The notes beneath the pieces are model-generated. The model searched no databases, was not told where the DNA came from, and worked only from the letters and a program-made list of their open reading frames with translations. A stretch of DNA of 64,000 nt from a virus, in IMG/VR virus record IMGVR_UViG_3300044994_000386, positions 1 through 64,000 of that record. One strand, written 5' to 3'. A program made the translations under genes and the position numbers. Of this stretch, positions 37,491 through 48,300 are shown piece by piece. Every line of letters begins with the position of its first letter. The first letter of the stretch is position 1.

Positions 37491-38774
37491 ATGAAGAATA
37501 TTAAATTGGAGCTATTCAACTTCAGAAAAAAATTAACCGTTGATCAAGAGGAAGTATCTAGAATCATTGAGTCTCATATGAATGCTTGTAATGATTTCTC
37601 TGAGAAACAGATTATCATGTCGTTGAATGAAAAATTAAAGATGTATACTTTTGACAAAAAGGTTAAGTCTTTACTTGAGTCATTGAATAGTGACATGGAA
37701 AACTATAAATTGGTATATGAATTGAAACATTTATATAATGTGTTGAATAGTAAAAATCAAGGTGAACTTTATAGACAACCTATAAACGTACTTTTACAAA
37801 CAATTAATTTAGAAAGTGACCAAGATAGAATGGATAAGGTTCTTAATGAACTTGCTGTTTATGATTGGGTTCCTGAAATTAAATTATTTGTTCATAATTT
37901 AACTAAATCTCCAGAACAAAAAGCTAACTTACTTTCTGGTGGTAAAGGTGAATCAGTTTATACAATTGTTGAACAAGTTGAAAATGGATACTTATGTATG
38001 GTTAGCGACTCTTGGTTCTTACTTTCCGAAAATAATATCGAAAAGACTCTTTTAGATACTCATATTAAAGATGAAAATCAATTAAAAGTTCTTAATAACT
38101 TATCAACAGCAATGAAGTTTGCTTCAATTGATGAAGATAGAATAAACTTTAGAATTTCTGAGAACTTAACTATCGGTTTATCAGTTTCTAAAAAAGGTAT
38201 TATTTACATTAACGATGATGAGATGAACAAAGAAACTACATTAGAATCTTTATTCTCATCTCCTATTATCCCAATTGTAAACAAAAACTTTTATCCGTTG
38301 TTACTTGAAACATCAAATAACTTAGATAAATTTGTAGAGTTAGATGTTGTTAAAAGAGTTTCTAACTTAGTCAATCCTTACTTAGAGGTATACGCTTTTA
38401 ATTATAAAAATTCTATTTATCTTTATAGATGTGATGAGAGATATGGCAATTCATTTTTCAAATATGATTCGGCTCTTGAGTTAGTAAATGAAGTTAAAAG
38501 CGAATTAAATTATGATTTGACTTATTTTTATGAAAATAAATTAAGTGAAGAATTGATTGTTAAAAGAAAACTTGAAGATAAAGAAAGAGAAATTACTTTG
38601 AAACTCGAAGATGTTAATTTCAATATTTCAAAAATTAAATCATCAGTTCAATTTTTAGGCGAATCAGAAGTATTAAAAAAAGCTTTAAGTAACTTAGAAA
38701 AAAGAAAATCGGCTCTTGAGGTTGAATTACAATCAATAAAAGAAAGTCAATATAAAGAAAGAGTAAAAATTTAA
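37491..38774 (+). CDS. Hypothetical, probable structural protein
   Basis: 427-aa ORF with extended late-type promoter and downstream terminator. Confidence 0.65.
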   Translation: MKNIKLELFNFRKKLTVDQEEVSRIIESHMNACNDFSEKQIIMSLNEKLKMYTFDKKVKSLLESLNSDMENYKLVYELKHLYNVLNSKNQGELYRQPINVLLQTINLESDQDRMDKVLNELAVYDWVPEIKLFVHNLTKSPEQKANLLSGGKGESVYTIVEQVENGYLCMVSDSWFLLSENNIEKTLLDTHIKDENQLKVLNNLSTAMKFASIDEDRINFRISENLTIGLSVSKKGIIYINDDEMNKETTLESLFSSPIIPIVNKNFYPLLLETSNNLDKFVELDVVKRVSNLVNPYLEVYAFNYKNSIYLYRCDERYGNSFFKYDSALELVNEVKSELNYDLTYFYENKLSEELIVKRKLEDKEREITLKLEDVNFNISKIKSSVQFLGESEVLKKALSNLEKRKSALEVELQSIKESQYKERVKI

Positions 38775-38784
38775 TCATAAAATT

Positions 38785-38816
38785 AAAAAAAAAGCTTCAT
38801 TGAAGCTTTTTTTTTT
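38785..38816 (+). terminator. Intrinsic terminator
   Basis: aaaagcttca-t-tgaagctttt plus T tract. Confidence 0.7.
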
Positions 38817-38914
38817 GTTTTTTAAAATAAACAATACGATTATATATAATATAACATGAAAGCATGAAATTTTTAAGGGCTAATTGCTCTACAAAAAAAA
38901 ATAAATGCTTAATT

Positions 38915-39280
38915 ATGTACCTACACAACAAAGATCTCTATGTAGAAATTATTGTATCGAAGGCACAAGGAAAATTGACGAACAAATCGAAATTAATGTT
39001 GGAAATCTTAGCAAAGCGGACTATTAAAAAAATGAGATATTGGAATAATGATGATAAGATGGATTGCTATCAAAGTGGTTTATTAGATATGTTTTCTAAT
39101 TGGTATAACTTCAATGAGGAAAAAAGTGACAATGCTTTTGCATACTTCACTGAAATCTTTAAACGGGGAATCGCCAAAGGTTACAACGAACTCTACAAAA
39201 AGAAAGGTGATAATGATCATCAAATTAAATTGATAAGTTTAGATTCTTCAAACGATGGAATGGGACTTCACTCAATTTAA
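38915..39280 (+). CDS. Late-transcription sigma factor (T4 gp55-like; start corrected to MYLHN)
   Basis: YLHNKDL..FNEEKSDNAFAYFTEI matches the gp55-family N(P/A)FAYFTxI motif. Confidence 0.7.
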   Translation: MYLHNKDLYVEIIVSKAQGKLTNKSKLMLEILAKRTIKKMRYWNNDDKMDCYQSGLLDMFSNWYNFNEEKSDNAFAYFTEIFKRGIAKGYNELYKKKGDNDHQIKLISLDSSNDGMGLHSI

Positions 39281-39282
39281 AC

Positions 39283-39313
39283 AAAAAAAAACCACCATAT
39301 GAGTGGTTTTTTT
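39283..39313. terminator. Bidirectional intrinsic terminator
   Basis: aaaaaaaccac..gtggttttttt between convergent genes. Confidence 0.75.
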
Positions 39314-39341
39314 GTTTACTAAAATTTAAGCATATATTTTA

Positions 39342-40448
39342 TTAAGCTTCGGTTTCTATTTCGACTTCACTATAAACAGTTTTGATCATTCTTTCAGATA
39401 CTAAATAAGGATCACAATTTGATGCTGGTCTTCTATCTTCAAAATAACCTCTACCTTCAACTAATGCTTGAGCTGGTATTCTAATCGAAGTATCACGTGT
39501 ACTATAACCAAAACTAAACTCATGTATACCAGATGTCTCATGAGCCCCAGTCAATCTCTTTTCATTGTGTAGACCATATACTTCAATATGGGCCATGTGA
39601 TTTTTTTCTAATTTACGCATTGTTTGTTTAATTATTTCAAATCCACCTTCTTGTCTCATTTCTTTACTTGAAAAATTAACGTGACAACCGGTTCCATTCC
39701 AATCCCCCTCTATTGGCTTTGGATGTAATGAAACATTAACGTTGTGTTTTTCAGCTACCCTTTGTAGAATATATCTTGCGACCCAAAGTTGATCAGAACC
39801 ATTTAGTGCGGTTACTGGACCAATTTGAAATTCCCATTGACCAAGCAAAACCTCGGCATTAATACCCGAAATATCTAAACCAATTTGTATACACATGTTC
39901 ATGTGCTCTTCAGCGATTTCTCTACCAACAACTGTATCCGCGCCAATGCCACAATAATAATCACCTTGTGGTCGAGGTTGACCAGATTTTCCTGACTTAA
40001 ATCCTAAAGGTAGACCAATTCCTTCACCAAAAGGCATTTCTGGCTTATGTGTTAAAGTATATTCCTGTTCCCAGCCAAACCAGGGTAGATCTGATTTATT
40101 ATTATAACCATTTGTATTCTCTTTTAATCCAAGTTTTTCTATAATTTCTTGTAATTTTCTACGGTGATTGGTTTTATGTGGATTGCCTTCTGGATCTAAT
40201 ACTTCACATAACACTAATTTATCCATTTTTCCTCTAAAAGGATCATTTGTTATAAAAACTGGTTTTAATAGACAGTCTGTGTTTTTATTTTTTCCAGATT
40301 TGGCTTGTTTGGTTGAACTACCATCAAACGACCAAATTGGATAATCTTCAGGATTTGTGGAATCAATCGATTCGGAAATTTTAGTTTTACTTCTTAATTG
40401 TTGTGGATTTGATCCATCTAACCAAATGTATTCTAGTTTAACTTTCAT
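39342..40448 (-). CDS. glnII: Glutamine synthetase type II
   Basis: LEYIWLDG, LRSKT, WSFDGSST, QGDYYCG, NAEV..QWEFQ, DWNGTGCH, RLTGAHET, EDRRPASNCDPY. Confidence 0.93.
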   Translation of the reverse strand: MKVKLEYIWLDGSNPQQLRSKTKISESIDSTNPEDYPIWSFDGSSTKQAKSGKNKNTDCLLKPVFITNDPFRGKMDKLVLCEVLDPEGNPHKTNHRRKLQEIIEKLGLKENTNGYNNKSDLPWFGWEQEYTLTHKPEMPFGEGIGLPLGFKSGKSGQPRPQGDYYCGIGADTVVGREIAEEHMNMCIQIGLDISGINAEVLLGQWEFQIGPVTALNGSDQLWVARYILQRVAEKHNVNVSLHPKPIEGDWNGTGCHVNFSSKEMRQEGGFEIIKQTMRKLEKNHMAHIEVYGLHNEKRLTGAHETSGIHEFSFGYSTRDTSIRIPAQALVEGRGYFEDRRPASNCDPYLVSERMIKTVYSEVEIETEA

Positions 40449-40533
40449 ATATTTTTTTATTTTTATTATTTATACAATGACCTAAAAAACTAGTTTTGAT
40501 TTTTAAGATATAAACTAAAAAAATTTATAAGAC

Positions 40534-40836
40534 ATGAAAGTATACTTACAATATTGGGAAGAATCTGAAAGAGATTGGGGTGTTAGACCTGATGGCTGTT
40601 CTATTCATTTAGATTTAGAATCTCATGCAAATTACATTGATGAAGTTTATAGGGATAGAACATTTCATCAACATGTTCCTAATGAGTATGATAGAATCGT
40701 TGGTGATCCAATTAAAGTTAGGGTGTCTGAAAAATTATACGAGGATTTATTAAAAAAGAAGAGCCTCAGGTTATCTGAAGTTGAGACAAACAACTTAATA
40801 AAATTTAATGAAATAATTTTAAATGATCTGGCTTAA
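40534..40836 (+). CDS. Hypothetical phage protein
   Basis: WEESERDWGVRPDGCSIH. Confidence 0.65.
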   Translation: MKVYLQYWEESERDWGVRPDGCSIHLDLESHANYIDEVYRDRTFHQHVPNEYDRIVGDPIKVRVSEKLYEDLLKKKSLRLSEVETNNLIKFNEIILNDLA

Positions 40837-41161
40837 AATATTATTTTATTCACTTAGTTTTTTATTTGTATGGGTTGAGTTTTATCATATGATAAACAAA
40901 CACCTAATTTATGATAATAATCACCAAAAGTCTTTATTAGATAGGCTATTCTTTTTTTCAAAATTTATTTATGCTATTTGGATAATCGTGGGTTTATTTT
41001 CTAACTTATGGATTTATTTTCTTTGCATATTGATGATTTCTATTTTGAGATATCCTATACTATGGTTTAGTAACTCTAAAATGTTATTTCTTTATGAATT
41101 AGTAAATACACCAACATCAGTATTATTTTTGATGGTGATTTTTGGATTTGGATTATTTTAA
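40823..41161 (+). CDS. Small multi-pass membrane protein
   Basis: 3-4 hydrophobic segments. Confidence 0.6.
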   Translation: MIWLKILFYSLSFLFVWVEFYHMINKHLIYDNNHQKSLLDRLFFFSKFIYAIWIIVGLFSNLWIYFLCILMISILRYPILWFSNSKMLFLYELVNTPTSVLFLMVIFGFGLF

Positions 41162-41656
41162 CCTTTCCTCAGTTATAATAATAAACTCAAATCCTTTTCT
41201 TTCACACCATTCAATCATATATTTCCATTTACTCAAGTTCTTATTCCACATTTTGAGTGCATACTCGAAATTTTTTAACTGTTTGGCTGTTGGATTATGT
41301 GGTATCTTAGGTTCTTTTGTTTCCGAGCTATGTTTAACTTCGGCTACTACTTTAGCGATTGATCCATCGCTTCTTACAAGTTCATAGTAAAAATCGGGAT
41401 AATAGGTGTGTTTTGTAGTTTCCCACGTCTCTTTTTCATTCACATATTCTGTTTTTTCATATGGAATTTTAATATATTCTGAAGACCAAAATTTAATATT
41501 TTCATTATTATCTAAATAAATCATCATTTTATGTTCAAGACTTGAACGATAGTAGACACCACCTTTACTATTCGCTTTTATTAGCTTTTCTTTGTTTTTA
41601 GGAATAAATAATCCTTGTTTATATAGACCGCCAGAACGAGGAGCAATATTCAACAT
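41153..41656 (-). CDS. Head completion nuclease (gp4/TnsA-like)
   Basis: YRSSLE, WSSE, HTYYPDF, EVK, NLSKW, FIIITE. Confidence 0.85.
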   Translation of the reverse strand: MLNIAPRSGGLYKQGLFIPKNKEKLIKANSKGGVYYRSSLEHKMMIYLDNNENIKFWSSEYIKIPYEKTEYVNEKETWETTKHTYYPDFYYELVRSDGSIAKVVAEVKHSSETKEPKIPHNPTAKQLKNFEYALKMWNKNLSKWKYMIEWCERKGFEFIIITEERLK

Positions 41657-41705
41657 AACTTATAGATTTAATTATTATATATATGTATAATATATATATT
41701 TATTT

Positions 41706-42383
41706 ATGAAGCATCTAAATAAATTTAATGAAATTTGGAAACAAGAACCAGAAGAACGTTACATAATAAATAAATATTTAGATATTTTAAAGGATGGTAA
41801 AGAATTAAATCAAAATCAAAAAGATTTTATTAATAGGTATTTCGAATATCCGGATCTTTATGACATCACATCTAAATGGCTTCAAAATAAATTTGATACT
41901 TTTTCAAAATATAATATCGAAGAAATCGAAGATAGATTGGTAGAATTCTTTGATCAAATTATTCATTGGGATCCATATTTGATGTTTTCATTATATATGA
42001 AATACTCAGGCGGTGAAAGCTGGCTTAGTATATATCCAGAAAAATTAAATGACCCAAAATATTTACTAACCGAACTATCATATGTTTTTTCAGATTTACT
42101 ATTCCACACAAAGACTAGAAAATATTCTAAACCAGAATTCACAATAGATTATTATTTAGAAAATAAAAGACCAGCCATAAGCATCCATTTCAATAGAGCC
42201 TATCAAAGTCGAGAGTCTTACAACTTGTTGTTTTTAGAAGATTTAAGTGATAAAATTGTTAATCGCCTTTCTCAGTTGTATAAAATAGTCGATGTCATGT
42301 CAGATAATAACAGACATAACAGTAGATTATATGATCCGGAAACTGATGTAAACGATTATATTTTGACTTTAATCATTGAATAA
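41706..42383 (+). CDS. Hypothetical protein
   Basis: 225 aa; MKHLNKFNE start. Confidence 0.65.
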   Translation: MKHLNKFNEIWKQEPEERYIINKYLDILKDGKELNQNQKDFINRYFEYPDLYDITSKWLQNKFDTFSKYNIEEIEDRLVEFFDQIIHWDPYLMFSLYMKYSGGESWLSIYPEKLNDPKYLLTELSYVFSDLLFHTKTRKYSKPEFTIDYYLENKRPAISIHFNRAYQSRESYNLLFLEDLSDKIVNRLSQLYKIVDVMSDNNRHNSRLYDPETDVNDYILTLIIE

Positions 42384-42436
42384 TTCATTTAGGGGTTTTG
42401 AGATTTAATATATAAATCAAAATTGATTAATATTTA

Positions 42437-44011
42437 ATGTCAACTTATAGCTATAGTACACCACCAACTGATGCAACTAATCTAAACGACATTACTGCGA
42501 TACTGAATCAGTTACCAGATAATACATCTAAGCAAATCACACCAAAGGATGTAAGAGATGCCATTTTTTCTACTTGGGAAAATATTATTTTCAAACCGAC
42601 TGGATTGACATCTGGACACGGCTATATCGGATTAGATTCAGGTATCAATGGCTTAACACAGAGTAAAGTTTATTTTGGTAAAAGACGAGCTTCTGGTAAA
42701 GATGTTATGAATCCTACACTTTTGGGTAGTAATACTGATTTTTTCTTTTTCAATAACAAAAGTGATACAGCTACACAAAACACTAAAATTTCTATTTTAT
42801 CAGGTACTAATTCATCATTATATAGTTTGGCTCCCTATCTGGAATCTAAAATTGTAAACGGACTCTCTTATTCCTATATAGACTTAAATATTATAAATAA
42901 CTCGACTGATAGTAATGGCTTGTATGGTGGAAATATCAATATAGGTACTGATGGAGTAAGAGGCTACACAGCGGGTGGAAACGTCTCTATTAATGGAATG
43001 ATATTTCCAAAATATATTGCTCCAAATTCACCTGAAGCAAATGCCATAGATGGTTATGTTTTAAAGTATAACAGTAATGGGTATTTGACTTGGGAAAGTT
43101 CAGCGGGTACTATTGATAATATCACATCATCTGGTACCGTTTCAATTATTGGAAGTCCTGTTTTAATTAACAACCAAGAGACTAATTTTTTAACAGACGC
43201 AACCCCTGTTGTTCAAGCGATTGGCTCTATTCCAGTAGGCTACACGTTTAGCAATGAAAATATCGTTGAGGTTGTTAGAAAAATAATTTATCCTTATTTA
43301 TCTCCTCAAGTTTCAATGGTTTTAAATGCAACACCAATTGGAACAAATCCGCCATCATACACGACATCAGGAACAAATAATTTGATAGTTGAAATGGGTA
43401 ACGTTGCTACGTTTACTTATACATATACCATAACAAAGAGGAGTAATAATATAACATCTGTAACATCAGTAAATCTTTGGAACTTACCCGGTGTTCCAAT
43501 TACATCAACAGTCACCTCAACTCGAACAAATAACCCATCAGCAGCAGAAGTTTCTATATTTGGAACCAAAACCTTCACTTTAACTGTAAGTGACGGTACA
43601 TCAAGTGATTCTTCAAGTGCTACTATTAGAAAAATATTACCTTTCTTTTATGGCACCAGTACTACGGTAGTTAATTTTAATTCTTTTCAAAGTATTGTTT
43701 CAAGTTTGACAAAAAACGTTAAGGATAAAAGTGACACAACTGTACCATTATCAGGTAACAATGTTTGTATTTATTTTGCTTATCCTTCTTTACATGGAAC
43801 ATTAAGTGCCATAATAGATAATAATGGGTTTGATATCACATCATCGTTTTCGACTAGTCTAATTTCGATTAATTCACCTGAGGGCTATTGGTCATTGCAA
43901 AATTATAGAGTTTATATATACACAAGTGGTGGGACATCACCCGCTACAACATCTGTTGGTTTACCACCAACATATTTAAATCCGGTAAACTATCAATTTA
44001 AGTTTTTTTAA
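42437..44011 (+). CDS. Virion structural protein (fibre/decoration-like)
   Basis: S/T/G/N-rich beta composition, LPDNTSKQITPKDVRD, YFAYP..GTLSAIID. Confidence 0.55.
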   Translation: MSTYSYSTPPTDATNLNDITAILNQLPDNTSKQITPKDVRDAIFSTWENIIFKPTGLTSGHGYIGLDSGINGLTQSKVYFGKRRASGKDVMNPTLLGSNTDFFFFNNKSDTATQNTKISILSGTNSSLYSLAPYLESKIVNGLSYSYIDLNIINNSTDSNGLYGGNINIGTDGVRGYTAGGNVSINGMIFPKYIAPNSPEANAIDGYVLKYNSNGYLTWESSAGTIDNITSSGTVSIIGSPVLINNQETNFLTDATPVVQAIGSIPVGYTFSNENIVEVVRKIIYPYLSPQVSMVLNATPIGTNPPSYTTSGTNNLIVEMGNVATFTYTYTITKRSNNITSVTSVNLWNLPGVPITSTVTSTRTNNPSAAEVSIFGTKTFTLTVSDGTSSDSSSATIRKILPFFYGTSTTVVNFNSFQSIVSSLTKNVKDKSDTTVPLSGNNVCIYFAYPSLHGTLSAIIDNNGFDITSSFSTSLISINSPEGYWSLQNYRVYIYTSGGTSPATTSVGLPPTYLNPVNYQFKFF

Positions 44012-44030
44012 AAATTAAAAAAAAAATAAT

Positions 44031-45566
44031 ATGCCAATATCAATAATAGATAATTTTCAAGTAAATAAATTGGGACCAATTGATGTAAGAATGATTGCGA
44101 CCAATTCAGCCGCAAGAGACGCAATTACATTTAAGTATGATGGTTTGAAAGTTTTTCAAACTGATAATCGTATCACATATACTTGGAACGCCAGTGCATC
44201 ATCATGGGATGTCGATCCAGTCGGTTCTATATCTGGAACCGGTAGTGCTGGTTTTATTTCAAGGTGGACTGCACAATCATCACTTGGTAATTCACCTATC
44301 TATACAAATGTCACTGGATCTCTAAATGGATCACCTGTTGGGACTGTTGGTATAAACACACCGCCAATAGGGTCACTTTCACCAAAAGGTATTTTTCAAA
44401 TTAATGCACCATTTATTGGCGGTGCTGCACCTACCGTAATTACAAAAGGTACAACTACAACAATATCTGAAAATTGGTATAATAATAATGGAGATCAGGT
44501 TTTTAATTCGGCACTTGCTTCAAATAAAATCGTCTTTAATAACGGACACTTAGATTTTTTTGTAAGACAACCTGGTGCTCTTTCTAACTCTTTTGCTCTA
44601 CGAGCCAGAATAGGTTTAACGAATAGTGTTTTCTTAGGAGGCATTAATGTATTCTCTGGTAACCTTGTGCTGAGTGATAGTGATGGTAGAATTAGCGCAC
44701 CATTTGGTATATTTCAAAAGGGACTGACCACCAATGATATATTTATTCAATCAAAAGGAACAAACACATCACCGAATAATATAGGGGTTGTTAATATTAA
44801 TTATTGGGCAAATAATTTCACATCTGGTGGTAATTTGATAGATTTAAATTGTTCTTCTAGTCAAGTCAGATATATAAGGGCAATATCACCGGGCACAAGT
44901 ATTAAATTTAACATAATCAATGGAACCGCTAGTTTTATACATTTAACAGCTACGGCTCCTGGTGATCCAGCTTCTGGATACAAAAAAGTTTGGACACCCT
45001 GGGGTATTAATGTTTGGAATTTATTTCCGGGATCAATAGTAGAATTGACTGAAGATACAACTTATTGGAAGATAACAAATGTTAGGCAAAATAATCAACC
45101 ATTTATTGACATCAACATCAACAATGCATTAGCAGATGGTTGGACTGTCACTAATTTCCCATTACCAAATCCTGGTTATAGAGTGATTTATGAACAATCG
45201 AATGCTTATATAGAAATGAGAGGTTCTGTGTCATATAATGGTTCAATACCGCTGAATAATATACCATTTTATCAATTTCCTTCTCAGTTTGGTTCATTCC
45301 CAACACCACATATGTTTAGTACCGTTTGTTTTGCTTCTACTAACGCAGATATAAATGCATTTAATTCGTCGAAATATCTAACACAAGCACAAAATACTTG
45401 GATATACGTAGATACTAATAGAAATATGTATGCTGATCCGGTATCTTGTTTCCAAAAAGACCTATCACTTTTTGGAGTTAGAATAAGATTAAACAACACT
45501 AATGATATAACAATAAATACTACAACTACAACAACCGGAGGTGGAGGCGGTGGTGGATCATCATAA
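44031..45566 (+). CDS. Tail-fibre-like virion protein
   Basis: PIDVR..YDGLKVF, ISGTGSAGFISRWT, VGINT motif. Confidence 0.55.
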   Translation: MPISIIDNFQVNKLGPIDVRMIATNSAARDAITFKYDGLKVFQTDNRITYTWNASASSWDVDPVGSISGTGSAGFISRWTAQSSLGNSPIYTNVTGSLNGSPVGTVGINTPPIGSLSPKGIFQINAPFIGGAAPTVITKGTTTTISENWYNNNGDQVFNSALASNKIVFNNGHLDFFVRQPGALSNSFALRARIGLTNSVFLGGINVFSGNLVLSDSDGRISAPFGIFQKGLTTNDIFIQSKGTNTSPNNIGVVNINYWANNFTSGGNLIDLNCSSSQVRYIRAISPGTSIKFNIINGTASFIHLTATAPGDPASGYKKVWTPWGINVWNLFPGSIVELTEDTTYWKITNVRQNNQPFIDININNALADGWTVTNFPLPNPGYRVIYEQSNAYIEMRGSVSYNGSIPLNNIPFYQFPSQFGSFPTPHMFSTVCFASTNADINAFNSSKYLTQAQNTWIYVDTNRNMYADPVSCFQKDLSLFGVRIRLNNTNDITINTTTTTTGGGGGGGSS

Positions 45567-45568
45567 TA

Positions 45569-46207
45569 ATGATTTTTGATAGTTCAGTGTGGCAATCAAC
45601 CACCTCATCATCGGAATTTTTTGAATATCAAGTTGGTCCAATAATAACTAAAAATCCATGGGGTAGACCATCTTATGATAAATTGAAATCGATTTTAATA
45701 GATGCTTATCAAAATACTATGCTTGGTGAGTATGATGTTGATATCTATGGTGGTGTCTTATTTAGTTGGAATGAAACTTGGGATGTCGATATATCAATCA
45801 GAAACGGGTTACAAGACTATGAATTAATTGAAAGTTTGATGAATTATATAACAGATATATCACTCAATAAATATTCAACATTAGTTGATGTCAAATATAA
45901 TTATCATAAATTCACTGAAGGTAAAAATTATTACGAAGAAGGGAAACCACATTTGAAGTATTTCTACTATAGAAAACAATGCGGTGATAGATGGCATGAG
46001 TTATACTTGGATCGAGAAGATACAATTAAGGTTACAAAAAATTTAATTAAGTCTGGTTGGAGATCACAAAAAGAATCTCAGGCTACTAAGTTATTAAATA
46101 GACTATTAAAATATGGTCCAAATATGGTCACAACATTTGATGCAAAAATATTTATTGAGAAAGACGAAGAATATTTTAATAGTCACACAAATAGAAATTT
46201 ATTCTAA
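45569..46207 (+). CDS. Putative nucleotidyltransferase-fold protein
   Basis: IYGG..TWDVDI resembles the pol-beta G[GS]..DxD motif. Confidence 0.4.
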   Translation: MIFDSSVWQSTTSSSEFFEYQVGPIITKNPWGRPSYDKLKSILIDAYQNTMLGEYDVDIYGGVLFSWNETWDVDISIRNGLQDYELIESLMNYITDISLNKYSTLVDVKYNYHKFTEGKNYYEEGKPHLKYFYYRKQCGDRWHELYLDREDTIKVTKNLIKSGWRSQKESQATKLLNRLLKYGPNMVTTFDAKIFIEKDEEYFNSHTNRNLF

Positions 46208-46882
46208 TCTCTTAAACCACCAATTAAAATAAATATAATTGTCACCCACCATATGATAATAATCGTTTGAGTATTTGATTAAGATTTTATTCTCAAATGA
46301 TCTAATAACTTCAACTTCTGTATTTTTTTCGAGTTTTAATAATCTACCAGTTTCAACAGAAAAACAGAATGCTTCATCATTTAAAAGTTTGTAATTACCT
46401 TTTTCTGGATTTAACCACTCTTTAACTGCTTTGATAATCAATCCTTTGATTTTTATTACCCACTCTTTAGATTGAACTAAATCATAATCTTTGAATATTT
46501 CTGAAGTAAAAGATGGATTTTTATCTAAGATATTTTTTATTTGACCCCAATACTCTTTATCAGCAACATTAAAACTAATATAAACATCATAATTAATATT
46601 ATTTGATTTGACAATTCGTAAGACTCTCATCGATTGAATGTTTTGATCTTCTAGAGTCAAATTTGATTTTAATTGTTTAAAAGAGGTCGAATTAGATAAG
46701 GTTTGTAAAATACTATTGATTCGAGCTATTCCCATTCTAATGGCATCTTGGTGCTTATCAAACGCATTTATTGAAAGTTGTGGGTTGTCTACGTTTGGCA
46801 TCGGATAATTAACCGAATCTGGATTCATTCTATTTAAGTTAAATTCGGTAAACTCTAAAATTAATCTATTTCTCTTTTTCAT
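46199..46882 (-). CDS. Hypothetical protein (start corrected to MKKRNR)
   Basis: ORF; TTAATATATA upstream on minus strand. Confidence 0.65.
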   Translation of the reverse strand: MKKRNRLILEFTEFNLNRMNPDSVNYPMPNVDNPQLSINAFDKHQDAIRMGIARINSILQTLSNSTSFKQLKSNLTLEDQNIQSMRVLRIVKSNNINYDVYISFNVADKEYWGQIKNILDKNPSFTSEIFKDYDLVQSKEWVIKIKGLIIKAVKEWLNPEKGNYKLLNDEAFCFSVETGRLLKLEKNTEVEVIRSFENKILIKYSNDYYHMVGDNYIYFNWWFKRLE

Positions 46883-46924
46883 AATTAAATATATACTATA
46901 TATTAAAAACAAAAAAACATGATA

Positions 46925-47236
46925 ATGAAAATTAAAAGATTCCAAGAAGCACTCGATGAAAAAATTGAAATTTCTCTGGAAAGAATTGAAGAGATAATAT
47001 CAGAATTGACTAATATTTCAACTAATTTAGACGCATCAAGAGAAAGAATTGAATCATTTTCTAATGAATTATCAAACTACCAATCTAAATCAAAAAATTA
47101 CAATGACCAGATCGATGATTCTGTAATTAATTTAGATATAGTGAAATCAAATTTTGATCAAATAATTTCTTCGATTGATACGGTTGTTACTAATCTTAAA
47201 GACTATAAAGATAAAGGTCGTAACTTCTTATACTAA
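46925..47236 (+). CDS. Small coiled-coil protein
   Basis: MKIKRFQE start. Confidence 0.6.
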   Translation: MKIKRFQEALDEKIEISLERIEEIISELTNISTNLDASRERIESFSNELSNYQSKSKNYNDQIDDSVINLDIVKSNFDQIISSIDTVVTNLKDYKDKGRNFLY

Positions 47237-47340
47237 TGTCAATATAATTCTTTGATATACATTATTTAAATCCAAAGACTGATTTATTTTTGTAATTAAA
47301 AGTGTTTTCTTTTCAAACGTTTCAAAGCTTTTGCCTTATA

Positions 47341-47853
47341 TTATTTATTAAATTTCAATTTATAAAGTAAGATATAAATCAAAGATAAAATTTCATCTAC
47401 AATATTTAATAGATGTGAGTCTTCAACATCAATACACTTCCTTTCAGTTTTAACAAAGTTTGCTAATTCTTCAAAGTATTGCACTTTATCTTTTGAAGTG
47501 GCTTCTTTGGTATCTATTGGCGTATATTGCTCAATCAAACCATACTGACCTTGATAAACTTCAATTAATTTATCGATAAAGTCTAATAAATCATCATAGA
47601 AGTCACTTAATGCGATGTGTGCTGCATATGATCCCATATCACCTTTAACTTGTAGGTGATATACATGTGCCATCTGACGAGCTTCAAATAATTTAGAAAA
47701 GAAAGCACTTATATTAGTATTGTTTTTAGGTTTTTGTTGTTCAATGTATTGATTTTTATCTTGATTATCAGTTTTTTGTTCTGATTGTTCAGGTTGTTCA
47801 GTAGTTTGTAGATTATTCTTTTGTTTAAATAATTTAAATTTTTTAATTTCCAT
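47341..47853 (-). CDS. Ferritin/Dps-like protein (DUF5856-like)
   Basis: AHVYHLQ..SYAAHIAL..FYD..DKLIEVYQG..LLNIVDEI..YKL. Confidence 0.7.
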   Translation of the reverse strand: MEIKKFKLFKQKNNLQTTEQPEQSEQKTDNQDKNQYIEQQKPKNNTNISAFFSKLFEARQMAHVYHLQVKGDMGSYAAHIALSDFYDDLLDFIDKLIEVYQGQYGLIEQYTPIDTKEATSKDKVQYFEELANFVKTERKCIDVEDSHLLNIVDEILSLIYILLYKLKFNK

Positions 47854-47862
47854 ATCAATATA

Positions 47863-48252
47863 TTATATTTTTCCTTTTAATGCATTGAAAATAACCATAC
47901 CATCAAATCCAGCATTTCTAAGTTGATGATAAAATTCCATTTTTTCAGTTTTATTTGGTGTTTTATCTGCAAAAGTATTATTCCATGCAGTTTTAATTTT
48001 ATCCTCGGGTGTTAAATCATTTGGTAGATTATCTAGATCTAAGTCTAAAGATTCTTGAATTTTCATTTCAGACATTTTCTCAACCGAATTTATAGTATAT
48101 CCGGATTGATTCTTAACAGCTGCTAATATCGAGTCAGCTAAATAAGAAGCCTCGCCTTGATTCTTAGCCTTTAAATTCAATTCAATATCAGCTCGAATTT
48201 TATAAAGAGAATCAAATTTATTAGATTCAACTAATTTTGAGAATAGTTTCAT
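47863..48252 (-). CDS. Hypothetical protein
   Basis: 129-aa ORF. Confidence 0.6.
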   Translation of the reverse strand: MKLFSKLVESNKFDSLYKIRADIELNLKAKNQGEASYLADSILAAVKNQSGYTINSVEKMSEMKIQESLDLDLDNLPNDLTPEDKIKTAWNNTFADKTPNKTEKMEFYHQLRNAGFDGMVIFNALKGKI

Positions 48253-48300
48253 ATAAATATATATATTAAAATTTAAATTTAAATTTTAATATATAAATCA

